Position numbers and translations under genes: made by a program
Origin: Sarea resinae
Taxonomy: Eukaryota
NCBI GenBank assembly: GCA_026026165.1
Contig: JAPEUD010000121.1
Span: forward strand, 1-33,320
DNA: 33,320 bases
Reading direction: 5' to 3'
The notes under the pieces: generated by a model
The model's database searches: none
What the model was told of the DNA's origin: nothing
Seen by the model: only the letters and a program-made list of their open reading frames with translations
Shown here: in pieces, positions 8,938-23,320 of the stretch
Position numbering within the stretch: position 1 is the first letter of the stretch
Layout: each line of letters starts with the position of its first letter

Positions 8938-11900
8938 GGTGTAGCGAAACGAATGGATGGAGCCTTGTCTCTTTCTCTTCTGACGAATCCGAATGAGTGA
9001 GGTAGATAGCCACGACAAGGAGCGAGGTCACCGAGAACGCGAGTCGAGCACCTCAGCGAGCGTTGGTGGTGTTTGAGCGAGTGTCGGATGTTGTTGTTGA
9101 GATGAAGAAGCAACAAAGCGAGAGATGGCAGAAACAAGCTGGCCGTGCACACGAGTCAGAGAGGCAACGAGGGCTGGTGAGCGAGTGAGCGAGTGAGAGA
9201 GAGAGCTCCAACGAGAAACAACGACAATACGAAGACGATGATGGGATCCTCCTGCCGTCAAGAGTTCAAGAAGAAGGAGTCGCGACTTCTACGCAGGCGA
9301 TGGACACGACCGAGGCGAAAGTGAAGGGCGCGCGGACTAGGCAGGAAGGGGACGGATGCACTTCACTACGGGCAGTAGTCAACAGTGCGACTGCATCCCA
9401 TGCCGTCCATTACCTATAGCCCATCCATTCCGTCTCGCAATCAACACCCTCGACAGCCATAACACCCATGCATCTCGGGCGGCCAAAGCCACTTTCCTAC
9501 ATTCTTGGATCTTTCGACAGGCAAGTACTTCAGTAAGTGTTGATGGCCCCGGTGCTAGGTCCACACTAGATCAAGCCATGCGAGAATTCGCCAGACGGGA
9601 AACACCCCCTGGTTCGAGCTTGACCCCTATCCGTCGTAGTCTTCCGCCATCGCTTCGCTCTACTCCGGAGTATTTTCCCTGCTTTTGCGAGCCAACGTAC
9701 CGAATACTATGAGTAGAGTTGTCACAGAAGACGAGGGAGGAGACACCGAGTAGAAGTACTCTCAAGAGCACCACCATCGACGTCGAGATCCAAGTACCGC
9801 AGACCTCTGTTCTCAGTGAGACATGCATGCATGCATAGGTGATGAATGGATCCTGGATGCCTCTCCACTGCCAGCCCTGGAGGTGCCTCCATGCCGTATC
9901 TTATCGGCGACACCACCTTCTCGTAGCAGGGGCGCCCGAGGATACGCCACCGAGCTCGCCGTTCGACCTCCAGTGCGGCCTGGCCTGTCCATCCGTCTTT
10001 CACCCAATGGATGTGCGCGCAAAGCTGGCTTGACGGGCCGCCATCACGGTACGATGGTACGACCAAAGAGCCATGGAATCGTAGGCCGACCTTATGACAG
10101 GCGCTATCGGCGGAGCCACAGACGCTCTCGCTGTCCTCACGCGCGTCCTCGACCGAGATACTTGCACTAAGCTTTCCTTGCAGATCCATCTTCCTGAAAC
10201 AAGGCAGAAGGTTTCCAATGGACGGCTCCTCATTCCTCAGGCTTCCACAGCCGTTACTACGGTGATAATCAGGTGCATTCGCCTACGTGTACTGACCAAG
10301 GTCGAGAACGTAGCAACTAAATGTCTTGATCGACTTGTACTTTCTACGTGGATCTTCTGGGCTAGCCAATACATCCGTTTGACCTCTCAAACGCCAGCTC
10401 AACTGGAGAGAGCTTCCAGGTTTGCAAGCCATGAGCAGTAGTAAAGAGACAGTCATGGCCATTATCTAGAGGTATATTTGCAGATGAATTGGCGCGCGTA
10501 TGAGCCTCTCAACAGTACACAGACCCCAGACAGGGTTGTAGCCGGTGTGCCATTTTGCAAAGGCCCGCCAGCAGAGGCATCTCTGTGGGACTTGTAGTTT
10601 CCCAGGATTGTAATCATACAACCACGCGTAGATGAAAGGACGAGGCTGCAGGGTTTTGATTCGCGGTTCTGATCGGCATTCTTTTTCAAAGTTTGTAGCT
10701 TCGTACGTTGAAGTTTCAATATGAATTTACAAGAACCACAGGTTGAGTAAATAAAGCCTTGGTGTAGTATCATTCATGCGCATCAGACAGAGTGTAAATT
10801 CCCAATCGTCTCTTATTTCACATCCGTTCGAACCTAGCCAGAGTCAAGCTTTGACATATTCTAGGTAGGATTTGGCATTCCTCGTCAGGATCTTCTCCCT
10901 GGAACATCTTTGATACACCTCATGATTGGTAGGCATTCGTTGCCGTGGAGTTCTTTCCAAAGGGCACGCTGGCTGTCGGATGACTAGCAGACGGTGCTTT
11001 TTATATGGCTATCTCGCTCGGGCCTACGGCTGTCGGGAGGGTTGCGGACGCGTCGAGCTCCCATGGGCATATTTGATATTGAAGACTAGCCATGATGATG
11101 GCTTCATGACCGAACTTTGAGGATCGGAACCCTTGAGGTCTCGATGAGTATCAGGCCGGTGGGCATTTGGCTGAAGGAGTGGTCGAGTAGCAAATCCATG
11201 TGACGATCGTCGCTCCGATAAGCAATTGAGCGGAAATGAGGCGAGACGAGAGAAAACAACAAACGTGTCTAAGGGCCGGTGGAGAAAGTTCAGAGAAAGC
11301 TTGATCAATGTGATATGATCCCGAGCTGCTAAGAGAGCGTGAGAAAGTTCAGGCTGTTTCAGAAAGTCATGTTGACCGGTGTTTTTGTTCCGCGGGATAG
11401 ATAGAGCAGCCGGAGAGATGGATCGCTCATAAGCAACATGGTGATAACTCGGCTTTCCAAGCCGAAGCCGAGCATACGCTGATCATTCCAGTCTCTTCAC
11501 GTATCTCGTACATCCAGTATGCCAGTCTGCATCGCGAGGAAGATCAGGTCCAAGCATCCACGAAATCTGCGTCCGGATACAATATATCGAGCCAACAGTA
11601 TTGGTGTGACCCTCGAGACACCGCTGGCTTATCCATGGGAATGGATATATGCTAAATCCAACAAGGAGAACCAGTGCAGAGTCGAAAATGTATGCCCCGT
11701 TTTGGTGAATGGGATTATTCTCATCAATCTGAGGTTGTGAAGAGGCTCCGATAATCATTTCCATATCTCGCTCATCAAGTGCCATGGATGCCCCTCCAAT
11801 CGTGCAGATCAATCCTGGAAGCCGTGAAGTGACGGCATCGCTAGTCTGCATATCGGGCTTTAACGAGTGGGTCGAATCAATACCCCACGCCTCACTCCGA

Positions 11901-12289
11901 GTAGTGCTTCGTCATTTCGTGGGGTATCCACTCGCCATCGATCGCAGAGGGTTTGTGTTACGGTCACAGGAAGATGCGATGCTTGAAAGAGTACTATTAC
12001 TGAGGAAGATCTACCTTACTGTCACCACGAGTCCGTCCAATGAACATCGTTTTTGCTGCCCCGCTGTGAGATTTCCGTTGTCCGTAGATCTGACAGATTC
12101 AAGAACCGTCATCTGGAGGCTTCGCTACTCCGCATAACCGCTCTCTTCCCATTGCCAGTCCATATGTTTACCTTGACTCCGCATGTCAGAGAGCATTTCT
12201 TGAACAGCGGGGATTGGGTTTAGCTTTCGCCGTCCACAGTGTATCAGCTTTGATCCGCTCATCTCATCAACAAGCCATACCTGTCCTCG

Positions 12290-12744
12290 ATGCCTTCACT
12301 ACCGACGCGCGGCCCGGAACATGCCCGAAGCCGTCCAGGTCTGGCAAGCAATGTCTCTTTTTGCTCGGCGCCAAGCTTGAGCTCACGCGAAAGATGGGAC
12401 GACAAGAAGCAAGAACGACTGGAGATTGTGGAGGCCGAGCTCAGAGCAGCCCAAAAACGATGGAGCGAGGAACAAGAACTATATTACGACGAGGTAAGTG
12501 GCCAACCAGGAAAAACAATAGGCATAATAGGCATTATGAAGCTAAGGCCACTGGACAAACGCCTCAGGTTGAAGCCTTGCTCAAGGCCAAGAAGGAGGCA
12601 CAGAAATTCACACGGAAGAGAGCTAAAGACCACCAACGCGAGGGACGTCGCTTGGAAGCGTCTCCCAAAGAAGAATACGAAGAGCTGAATTGGAATGAAC
12701 AAGAGGTCCGCGAGGTCTGGGCGATTGACTGGACGTTGAACTAA
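12290..12744 (+). CDS. Small charged coiled-coil hypothetical protein, 126 aa
   Basis: Exons 12290-12493 and 12568-12744. The 74-nt intron (GTAAGT...GCTAAG...CAG) joins two ORFs into the continuous helix ERLEIVEAELRAAQKRWSEEQELYYDE|VEALLKAKKEAQKFTRKRAK. Confidence 0.6.
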
Positions 12745-15700
12745 CGCAGAGCCAATAGAGACCGGATTATCGACCATCCCGCAGCGCGAGCTCTTCGCCC
12801 TCGATTTTGACCAGAGGACAATATAAGAAGGTACATTCCAGAAAATCCATTTTGCCAGAAACATTTGACAAACCTAGTGAACAGGACCAAAGAAAATTTG
12901 TAACTTTCCTCCGACGAGCGAGCACGCCTGGGCAGAGTACAAGTGATGGTGAGGCTCGGAATATATGACAGCTATCAACGAAGCGTGAGAGACATTTGGG
13001 TAGAGAAAGACTTTCGAAGACTGGTGTAATACTGGGGGCACTGGTATTGTAATTCAAGGGCCTCAAACAAATAGCAATGGCAATAGAAGGCAGACGAAAT
13101 TGATTGAAAATGAGAACCTAGGTCCCGCATTCTTCGCCAGAGCAAGACACGATACAGCTCTCAAAAAGGTTCGAATGAATATTCTGAGCTCATGCCTGGA
13201 CAAGGATGATTAATATACAAGTTTTCTCCGTCGTCAGGGAATCTCCCAATGGATCGGTTCGACGAGTCACCGCGATTCTATTGGCCCTGGTCAGCGATTG
13301 TATTGAAGGTGTCCGCGCTGGCGATGGGAGTCGGTGAACGCACTGAATATATGTCGCAGTATGCATCCCATATACACCTTCTACCGAGTTACCAGTCTCC
13401 TTCGGCGCCGCCGGGATTGGGACCAAAATATTCTTCTCTCAATCAATGCCGACGATTGACTAGTTGGGGCGTCCGTCCTCCAGCCTTCCTCGGCTTCTAG
13501 CTCTTGTTACCTGCGCCCACCGGAGAGGCTTGATATAAACTTCTATGGATCTGGATGGACCTACTGCGTAAAGCAGGCGTTCCAAGGCTTTACGCAACCT
13601 ATCCGAGACCGGATCCGGATCCAATCTGTTTCCTTTGCTGAGTCACCGCCGTCTGCTATGCGGCATGCAGTACGGAAAGAGTCAAGTACCTGTACCCCAA
13701 GAGGAACACTGCAAGAACGAAGGAAACCTGCTTGCCGCGGTTTGTGCCCAACAAGTCGTAAAAGTGCTCTCCAACATTCCATTTACTGCAAGTGTCCTGA
13801 TGGAGCAACTTGCGAGCAATAATGGCTCTCTTCGGCTGCCTCAGTACGGAATGTGCTTCATGTACTGTGTACTGTGTACTTCGCACAAGATCCATGGAGA
13901 CGCTACAGATACCTAGGAATAAGCTGCAAGCACGACGGACGGAATTTCGTTGCCATGTATTCTGTACTTCATGCCTACCTACCTTACCCATCCAGGCGAT
14001 GCAAGGCAAGGCAAATGGTAGCAACACTCGGACCACTGGGCTGCCTCTGCTCTTGCCTACTCTTGCCTGCCCTTGCCTGCTCTTCCTTGTTTAGGGAGTC
14101 CACGACTAAAACGCAGCAGGATCAACAGATGCAAGCTTCCGAATAAGGTGGCGCGTTACAATCGAATGCTGTCACCTCTGTACGATCTCACGTATGAAGC
14201 ACAAATGCTATTCAATCACCTAGGTAGTAGCATCTCAAGGTGTTGTGCTTACTCCATAGTACATGGAATAAGCCCGGGCGTTCGTACCCACTGGCAGACA
14301 CCAACACAGCTGGAGCTCATCGAAGGTACAAAGCAGTACCTGTAAGAAGCAAGAGCAGGGGACCGGCTATTCTACGGAAACAGGAACAAGCACGATCCGT
14401 GCAGGCTGCACCTAACAATGCTCTCCCAGAATATGGAAGCCAGGACATGAACCTGGGAGGGAAGTGGCGACGACTTCTTCGGAGACAGCCTTTGCCGCGC
14501 CTAGGAAAAAACTCGTCCTCTTCGCATTTTCGCAAATATAGAAAGATCCAGGGATTGCAAGGTGGCTGTCCAATTCAGTAAGGATCGGCGACATTATCAT
14601 TGGGAAAACAGCGTTCATGGATCCAGAAGTAGTGTCAACGATCGTCGTCCTCACACAGTTGACCTCGGAATCGAACTTCTTTCCGTGACTTCAGGTATCG
14701 CTTGCTGCTGCCTTTCCGCCCGTTCCAGGCTGCTAGTAGGAGAAGGCGTGCGAATCCACCTCAAGATTCGGCATTTACTTTAAATCTGCTGCGCAGTAGC
14801 CCACTCAACGGGAGGTAGTTGCACTGGCAGCGTACTCTGGAGTGGAAGGCCAGGTCTCGACCCCTCGCGTACCTTTCACACTTGGCCCTATGAAGATTGG
14901 CTGCTCACCTTACTTACCTACCTAGGTACCTAGCATCGGCTCCAGGAAGCTTGCGCGAGCTCGCCTCAGTGGAACGACAGCAGTGGCGGTGTCTGCCGGC
15001 GTGGGGCGAGCGACGGCGCGCTTCCTAACACTCACCTTGATCTACGGAGTACTCGCGCCATTATTTAGTCAGGTATCGTGGCCCTGTCGATGATTTACTT
15101 GCGCATCGCCGACTGCAGGATCTCTCCTGGAGACTTGCGATTGATATACGGCGACACCGGAAGATCATCAAGTTCATCGTCTAATGCACGGTATGACTCC
15201 AAGGCGCAAAATCACTTTGCAAGGCACGTGGAAAGGAAGGATGGCTCGCGTACTTTGGCTGCGGCGTTGTATCAGGAGCCTACTGCAGTCCGGGTTACAG
15301 CTGAGGTCTCAATTGGGCCAACTCGAATCGATTGGGATCGTGGCGGCGACGGCGGCGGCGGAGAAGGACAAGGAGGAGGTTCGTGGAAAACAAACCCGTC
15401 CGAGCTCTTTTCACGTTGCGCCTGTACGAGTAGAGTAGTCCGTGCGCTCGGTCGCTACGTCTCTTCCCATATGTCCGCGTCTTAGGAGTGTGTAGGTAGG
15501 TGCGCGCGCTCGGTACCTCGGACAGCTCATCAATCAGGACGGGATATACGGGAGGCACAGCTGTCTGCCATGGCATAAGAACTCTCCTGCTATACGACCA
15601 TCTAAGAAAGAAGAAGTTGACCGGGTGCCTCAAGCCCGATACCTGAGGCAATATCTTCGGGACCGTATCGAGCCTCGGAGGGCCGACTGAGACTCCTATC

Positions 15701-17781
15701 AAGGCTGAAGGGAGGCAGAGGGAGTGCCAAGATTGCACTCGATGACCGTTGGAGGAGACAGACCCTTGCCCGGAGGATTGGTAGCAGCGTGGTGGAGTGG
15801 TACTCAGTGCTGCTGCCAGGCAAGTCGATCGGAAAATGTGAGCTCAAATTAATCAGTCATCAATAATAACAGGAAGCGGTTCCAAGTACAAAATAGAGGC
15901 ATGAGGTGGGCCGAGGCGTCCGCCAAGTTTCGATCCATTAGGTACCTTAGGTTCAAGGTTTCAGACTCGCGGTATGCGAGAGGAGGTATTGGCCGGGTAG
16001 CGATGTGTCCTTTTTGGTAGCTGATGCACGATGTGGGTGAGACGTCGCCCCAAGCGTGGCGCTCGAGGACCGCGGCCGACCTCGAGCTACTCGCCAACAC
16101 CAGGGCCGAGGGGCCTCCCAGCGGGAGCTACTGTGTACTCGTGTCTGGAGTCTGCGGGAGGAGACCATCCATCAACAAGGTAGGTAATGATGGGCCGGGC
16201 TAGACGTTAAGGCATGGGCTTGGCCGCTTTGGCTTGCTCTCTGTTCTCTGTTCTCCAGCTCTCTATTATGTAGGCCTGCTCTGCTCACGCCTCCGGCCAG
16301 GGCAGGGCAGGACAGGCTGTTGGCTGCTCACGACCTGATCCATGTACAAATACCCTACCTACCCAACCAAGGTGAGTATCGCCATGCTCGAGCCTTGCTC
16401 ACCGCACTAATCTCTCACGCGGGTAATACTTCGTGCTGTACTCTAGAAGTACTCGTCCTGCAACTACTGCAACTACTCGTGGTCGGATTCGCAATCCGGG
16501 GGTCCGATTAACTTCAACTTCTCCTCTGGCCGCAATACCCACCAGGTAGTATCCGCACTGCACAAGATCGCTGAGTAGGTACGCGCCGTGTATGTATTCG
16601 TACCTACTTCGTACATAGTAGTCATGTCGGCCGGGGCCCATGCTTCTCTCCTCCCTGCGCTCCTGCTCGTATCTAACCAATCTGCGACTTGGCCCGTGTT
16701 GATGTGTACGAAGTCCGATGAGGACTCCGGAATACACCTCCCAAATGGCTTTGTTACCTTTTCTTGCCGCACAACATCGGACCATCCGCACGTTTCCCAT
16801 CCCATATTCCCCACAACCATCGCGAAACCCTTTTAGAGGACGAGGCATTCCTCTAGCACCAAGGTACGGGGTACTACTAGGTACGCTGGTACACGCAGCT
16901 CTGCCCTCTTCCATCGCCGTCGCTCTTCTTCTTTCCTTCGTACTGTACCTGTGTGCCTGGCTCTTTCCTTTGCTTTCCGTCGAGGTCAAAGGACCCATTC
17001 CCATTCCTAATCCCCCGGCTGTTGATCTCGAAAGCCGCTGCTGCGTCTCTGGCTGCCCTCGTTGACAACCCACGCGCGACCCTCACCAGAGCCCTTTCTC
17101 TCTCGGTCCCCGTCTCTGCCTGAATCAGAATTCGACTGCTGCTGTCCTCTTCCTGGGGCTCGGCTCGTGACTCTGCTCGTGACTGCGCTGCTCGTGGCTC
17201 TCGTCCTAGTCAGGTATATCTCCCGTTCGGTAAACGAAACGGTCTGGTCGACAGATGGTGGAGGAGCTGAGCTGAGCTGATGGGCCGGACTGCACTCCCC
17301 GGTCTAGACTGCAACCGACTGCTGACCCCATCACAAGCATCGCTTCCAGGCCTCTGCTGCCGCTGCTGGTGGTGCTGCTGCTACCGCTACCGCCCGAGCC
17401 CTGTGAGTGTGCTGGTCAGTAACGGTGTGATTTTTGCGCAACACCGCTGAACTGTGGCTGCAAATGATCGCAGCCCCAGGTGGAATCTAGCGCGTGCTAA
17501 AGGTTCCAGCGTTCCAACGTTCGTTGATCAAACACCCAGCACTCAGACCCTATCGTGTTTGAGATCCTCCAGCCCCAGTCCCGGTCAAATAATAGTCGTG
17601 CTGTCGTCTCCTCTTCTCTCTCCTCGCACCTCTTTTCTGCAGACCCCGGCAAGCAGCACCTCGCCCGCGAATAAGCCAACAGGTCATACGCAGAGAGAAC
17701 GGTTCCTTTAGCTCGGATCGCCTCCGGGACACGCCCAAGTACCGGGCCCGGCGAAGATCCGCCGACTGCCCTTGCCAGCTG

Positions 17782-19848
17782 ATGGAAGAACTCAAAGATG
17801 CCGCTCTCGCTCCCAACTCACCAGACTGTGTTCGAGATGATGCTATGACTGGGGTCATTCGGTGCAGTCCCTCGACTTCGACGCTGGTCGCCGCAGTCCA
17901 CGAGAGAGACGTCCCGGCATCAGAGGTTGACAGTACGGCTGGACAATCCTTTGCACGACGACCAAGTCGTGTCGATGATTTCCAGCTAGGAATGGGAGAC
18001 CATAGTGGGTTCGATTCTTCATCAAACCTCCGCGGGCAGACGTCGAAGTCTGTCAGGAAACTCGCACTGAAACGAGATCCTTCACGATCCACGTCGGGCC
18101 TTGTGCAACGTTCGCTGTCATTGCCATCCTTTTCACATTCGCGGACATCCGAGAGACCACACCTACCTTCTTTTGATCTGCTGGGCATCGCAGCACCTCG
18201 CCCCGACCTCTTCCTCAAGCCAAACGAACACGACCCACCGGATAGTCTAGGCACACGATCTTGGACGGAACACAGTTCAGATCCTATCGACATCCAATCG
18301 GGTCGCAGTATTACCAGTCAAGGAGTGAGCTTGGATGACAGTGCTGGGTTGGGGCTTCTACGAGCAGAGATAATCAACGCGAAGCGGCACCTGCAACCTC
18401 GTCAGAGCTGCATGTCCATGCTTACACCTCCAGACGATTCCGGAACCATCGACTGGAGCTCGAAAGCTATTCCTTCAGCAGCAGCTATGACTTCCCCGAA
18501 CACTAGCCCGAATACGCACTCGACGACCCCATTTGTACCCTTCTTAGGCACAGCTCTTGGTTCCCCTGCGGAAGTGGATATCGTATCTCCTTTCTCAACG
18601 GTCTCTGCTGGTGGATTTCCCGTGAGACCGGATGTTCAAACCGCACCTGGCCTTCCTGATAGGTCCCTGAATCTGCAGCGCAGCGGTCAATTGAGGGGAG
18701 ACGTGTCTCCATCTACCCGCGGTGGCGACCATGATCAGCTTGAAACAAGCGACACTCAGCTGTGGATAGAAGACTATGTCCAGGATCTTGGTAAGCTCCG
18801 AACAGCAAGCTTTCTGTAATTTCATCTAGGCTAATACCACGCAGTCTCAGGGGTGGTCACGGTGGGAGACCCTGGCTACTCCGTCAGAGTCCTCTCACAA
18901 GCTTTGCCATGCCCCGGCTCGCATCAAATAGCTTTCCCCATCGTCATCAATGCTCTTCATGGCAAGATCCCACCGAATCAAATGACGAGCATCACTGTAG
19001 TTCATGCCGTCCCCTCGCGATTCAATCTCGCGGATATGCCTTCGTCGCCACCTGGCACTCCCACTTCGACGTCTACCGGCGAGGATTACTTTAGTACCAG
19101 CATATTCAGTAGCGCGGTCCCCGTATGCGACTATCAAGACAGAAAGCCGACTACACCATTACCCTCGTCTCCATGTCCCTTGGTGCCTCCTGCTTCAGTC
19201 CACGTTTCTCTACTGGAGCGATACATCCCCCCAGGGTCCACCGCCGAATCCGCCGATCTCTTTAATACAGAAGGGCCCTCGCTTCTGGTGGATAGACTGG
19301 CTGAATTATCTCCGGAAAAAGGCACGCTACTTTTCATCTATCCGACCAAAAGAGGCGGAAAATCATTCGCCAACGACTACCTGGGCCCCATTCTTGATCC
19401 GGTTCTTCGATCGATGATGGTCGTCAATGATTTCTCGGCCGACTTTGGCGGTACGATTGGCAGAATGACTGCAGTCGACAGCCTTCGTGATTTCGAGCCG
19501 ATGAAGCGTCGAGTACTCATGCTGTGCAACGAACTCAGCAAGAGCAAGGCAACGAACATTCCTCGCTCGACCTACTCCATTCTCCAATGTTCAAAGCAAG
19601 AAGTAAAGGTCGACCGCAAGATTTGGTCGAACTGGTGGGTGCATCAGGAAAGGGCGCGTGTCAGGGACGGTCTGGGCAGATATTTCAGGAAAGCTCGAAA
19701 GCTGCCGGACGATGCAGATGTCATGCCCATCAATTTGCTGCAGGACGTCTTAGATGCTGTCGGCGAAAGACCATACGAGAATCCTTTGGCGCCAGTCGGA
19801 GGTATCGAGGTGGGAGTCTTTGTCATACGCAGATCCTTTCACGAGTAA
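17782..19848 (+). CDS. Hypothetical protein, 670 aa (disordered Ser/Pro-rich N half, globular C half of unknown function)
   Basis: Exons 17782-18790 and 18845-19848. The 54-nt intron (GTAAGC...GCTAAT...CAG) joins the 345- and 331-aa ORFs in frame. The C-half has well-ordered blocks (VLSQALPCP, LERYIPP, PSLLVDRLAELSP, LLFIYPT, YLGPILDPVLR, GIEVGVFVIRR). The start codon is less certain. Confidence 0.88.
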
Positions 19849-20813
19849 TGTGGATATGCACGGGATGACACGGGGAAATGCATTATGATTGGCGCTGGTG
19901 GTGGCATATCGGGAATGATACCTATCGCTTCGGGAATTGTTTTACTATGGGCTTTTGTGCTGATATCTTTCGACTCGGCGGGGATTCGCTTCTCAGGCAA
20001 TGGAATCCGATGCCGTGTTCAATAGAAAGCATGCGGCGTCTGCTTTTGCCGGGTACTAGACTCGCTTTGTTAATCAGTCTCTCCAATGACTGCTTCTCTT
20101 TAGTTCTTGCTCTCCTATGTCTCCCACCTTGATAGTTGTCCTCGGTTCTGTCGGGAAGGTCGGAAATGATCGAGGATAGACGAGGCCCAAAATAATTCAG
20201 TCATACGCTCCAGTGCTATAGCCATTAGACCAGCCCTCCAGGCATCTCCAAACATCCCCTCGTGTGCAGCCAGCATCGTCGAGAAATTAACTCCGTACTA
20301 TGTTGTGGCATGGAGAAGCTCCAGGGCTACTACGTATGAAGTACTCCGTAGTAGACTAGGCGACCTTGGGGGTGGCCGCGGCATGAGGGTTGAACTAGCC
20401 GCTTCTAGCCGACATTGGCGATCATGGGCCTCGGGTTTACCTTATTGTTCGAGTACCGTACCGTAGCAGAGAGCTGGAGCCGCAATCATCAACTTTCCCA
20501 TCCTTCACTATCTTTAGCTCTCCTCGATCTTGATCGTCCGACAAAAGGGATGCGGGACCCTCTTCCACTCAGCTCACTCATCTATTCATATTGTGACGGT
20601 TGTCGCAGATCTTCGTCGTACTACCGCCCCCGCAATCGCCTCGGACAAGATTGAACAATCAATCTCGTATCGTCAGCGCTCACTCGCATCCACAATCGCA
20701 TCAGCGTCGCCTCAATCAGCAACCTGCCTCGAAGACCGGTTCTTCAGGCTTTCTTACAACAAACCTCCTTCAAAGCGTCTGACAAGAGGTTTCCAGGCCT
20801 TCGCTCCGATACA

Positions 20814-22587
20814 ATGGCATACTCCCCATCGCCTCAAATGCCGCAAGCGGCTCCTCCAGGTGGCGCACACAGAGCTGACGGTGTGTTTTCTGCAACACCG
20901 CCGCTGCAACCTCTTTCAAAGCGAGACAAGCGGCGGAGTCTACTGTCCGACCGTCTCAATGAGTTGACTGCCTCATTTACTCAAAATCGAGACACTCACT
21001 ACCGTCAGCAACTCCAGGCTCTCCAGATCGACATGAACCTCATCATGCGAGCTGATCCTTATGCGAATAGTCCTTTGGATGATTCGGGCGAGGATATTGC
21101 TGAGCTAATCAGCGCGACAATGGGCGGATCAGCCAATGGACAGTGGAAGCCTGAGGGTGATGTCGCGGCTTTGGCTGGGCGATGGTACGCCAAGTTTGTG
21201 GATGATGTCAATAACGCCATGGAGGACAGAGATGTCGCTTTGACGATGCTTGAGGTAAATGATGCTATTGGAGAGTAGCCAGGCGATTGTTCTAATTGTC
21301 TCGCAGAGAAAATACCAGAGGACCCTCCACGATCTTCATCAGGCGAATCGATACAAAGTCCGCCTTGCGCAAGAAGAGCACCGCTCTCTAGCAGAGACTC
21401 TGCGCGAGAGACTCATCCAAAGCGTGGCGCAGAAGAAGAATCGCTTGATGAAGGAAAAGGAACACCTTGACATCGCGGATAGCAATGCTCTGCTCCTCCA
21501 CCCGAACCAGTTTAGCATCACCAACCCTGCCAGCCCCGGCGGACATGGCAACCGAAAAACGCGACACACCCGACATCGTCTTGGCGACAATGACGAGTTC
21601 GGCAGTGGCTTGACTGGTGATCCCGGCCTCAAACGCAAACGAAGGGCCTTTGAAGATAACGACATCGGCTCTCCCGGCCCTGGCAAGCCCTACGACACCG
21701 GCAACGGGTCGCCGTTCAGAGACCCCCGTGCCCGTCTGACGGCAACACAAATGAATGCCCCTCTCTACTCAATCGACCGACTCTTTACAGAGAAAGAACT
21801 TACCATGCATCTCAACCACGCCGCCGTCGCCGCAGCGCATCATTTCGCTGCTCTCAAAGAGCATGAGCATGATGGCGACAACGGCACCGCCGATCACCAT
21901 GACGACACTGCTCTTCCCGGCACAAACACCACCCATGAAGGCGGAGCCGCAGCCGCAGACGACGAAGCCACACCGACTCCCGCGGCTCTAGAAATGGACC
22001 GCACAAGCTCCCAGCACAACTTCCATGCCACGCGCTCGACCCGGAATACCAATAATAACAATCATACCTCTGGCAATGCGGGCCTCAACCTTTTAGGCTA
22101 TCTTGCCGCTTCCGAGAAGCCTTCAAATCTCCCTTCGACTCTCCCTGTCGTTCTCCCTATCCCTATCAACACCCGTACGGGCCAGGCACCGCACCCACCA
22201 GGCCTCCGCGCAGAAGACGTAGAAGAGGATCTCGCACGACTGAGTCGCCTGCGAAGGCAGCCGAAGACTGAGGTCGATTATCCGTTGCTCGAGGCGCTGA
22301 ATCGGCCTATAGGGGATGGGGGAGAGGTTTACAGGGTAGCAGGGTTATTGCCATTGAATCCCGGTGGTGCTGCAGGGTCGGCTCATACCGCGCTTGGCGA
22401 TGCAACGCCTCACCCCGGTGCTGATGGCGTCCCAATGAGCGCACAGAGCAGTCTCGCCGGTTTCAGTGACATCGGGGCCGTGCCCATGAACCGTGAGATC
22501 GGAAGTTCAGCTGGTGGAGTTGGGATGAAGAGAAGTGGAAGTTCTATTGGGAATGGTGATGGCCATAAAAGAGCGAGAAAGTTCTAG
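20814..22587 (+). CDS. SDS3: Sds3-like subunit of the Rpd3L/Sin3 histone deacetylase complex, 573 aa
   Basis: Exons 20814-21254 and 21307-22587 (52-nt intron GTAAAT...CTAAT...CAG). Sds3-family features: PLSKRDKRR, coiled coil FTQNRDTHYRQQLQALQIDMNLIMRADPY, LRERLIQSV...KEKEHLDIADSNALLLHPNQFSITNPASPG, YSIDRLFTEKEL. Confidence 0.88.
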
Positions 22588-23320
22588 GTGGGAATAGTGT
22601 TTTCTATGTCAGATTGGCTTCATTCGTGGAGGGTAAATGAGGTGTTTGGATGGTTGGTTGGTTGGTTTGGGCGTCTGCTCTGTCTTCCCGTTTTTCATTC
22701 TTTTCATTTCTCGCTCTCATCGCTGTTTGTTTCCTCGTCAATACTACCAAGGGCAGTGTACGCATCGCCCCTCAGATTCGCCGACCTACCTATGTTCCTT
22801 ATGGATAAAGAAGTATCTTCTCCCTTCTTCTACTGGCTCGTGAACTGGAATCTGCGTCATTCGTGAGGTGAAGTCTGTTTGCGCGTGTTTGCAGTGGCGT
22901 CAAGGGACGTGGAGGAGCGGAATGAAATGCACACTGAGGTGGATGGGGTTGCGATATACATGGTCGAGGCGTGTGAGTGAGTGAAGAACAGATGTAAGTG
23001 TTACAGTTTCCTCTTGTCCGTCTTTGGTAAGCCATACACGCACCTGGCTGAGTTTGCTGTTCAGGCATCTATGTTTCGAGCATGATATCAAACCTTTGTT
23101 CCTCTATTCTAAATGTTTCCTTCTGAGAAGCTCTCTTCCAAGCCGTTTCCAGTCCTTTGTTTTTTTACGTGTTACATTCTCTTCTTTCTCCCTCTTGTGT
23201 TCAATACACTCACTCTAAAACTCATCTATAAGATACTGCCGGATAAGACACCCTCCCGCAAGTCCCTCTGCCACCCAGCTTCTTTCTACTCAACATATCT
23301 CAGCACAAAGCACGACCAAG

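Noticed and set aside
9839..10441. Same-frame ORFs separated by two stops (possible pseudogene)
   Set aside because: No recognisable domain; compatible with chance.
11483..12137. ORFs of 73-122 aa on both strands
   Set aside because: No motifs and no convincing splice structure.
16588..17280. Small membrane-protein-like ORFs
   Set aside because: Hydrophobicity is explained by CT-rich promoter/UTR tracts.
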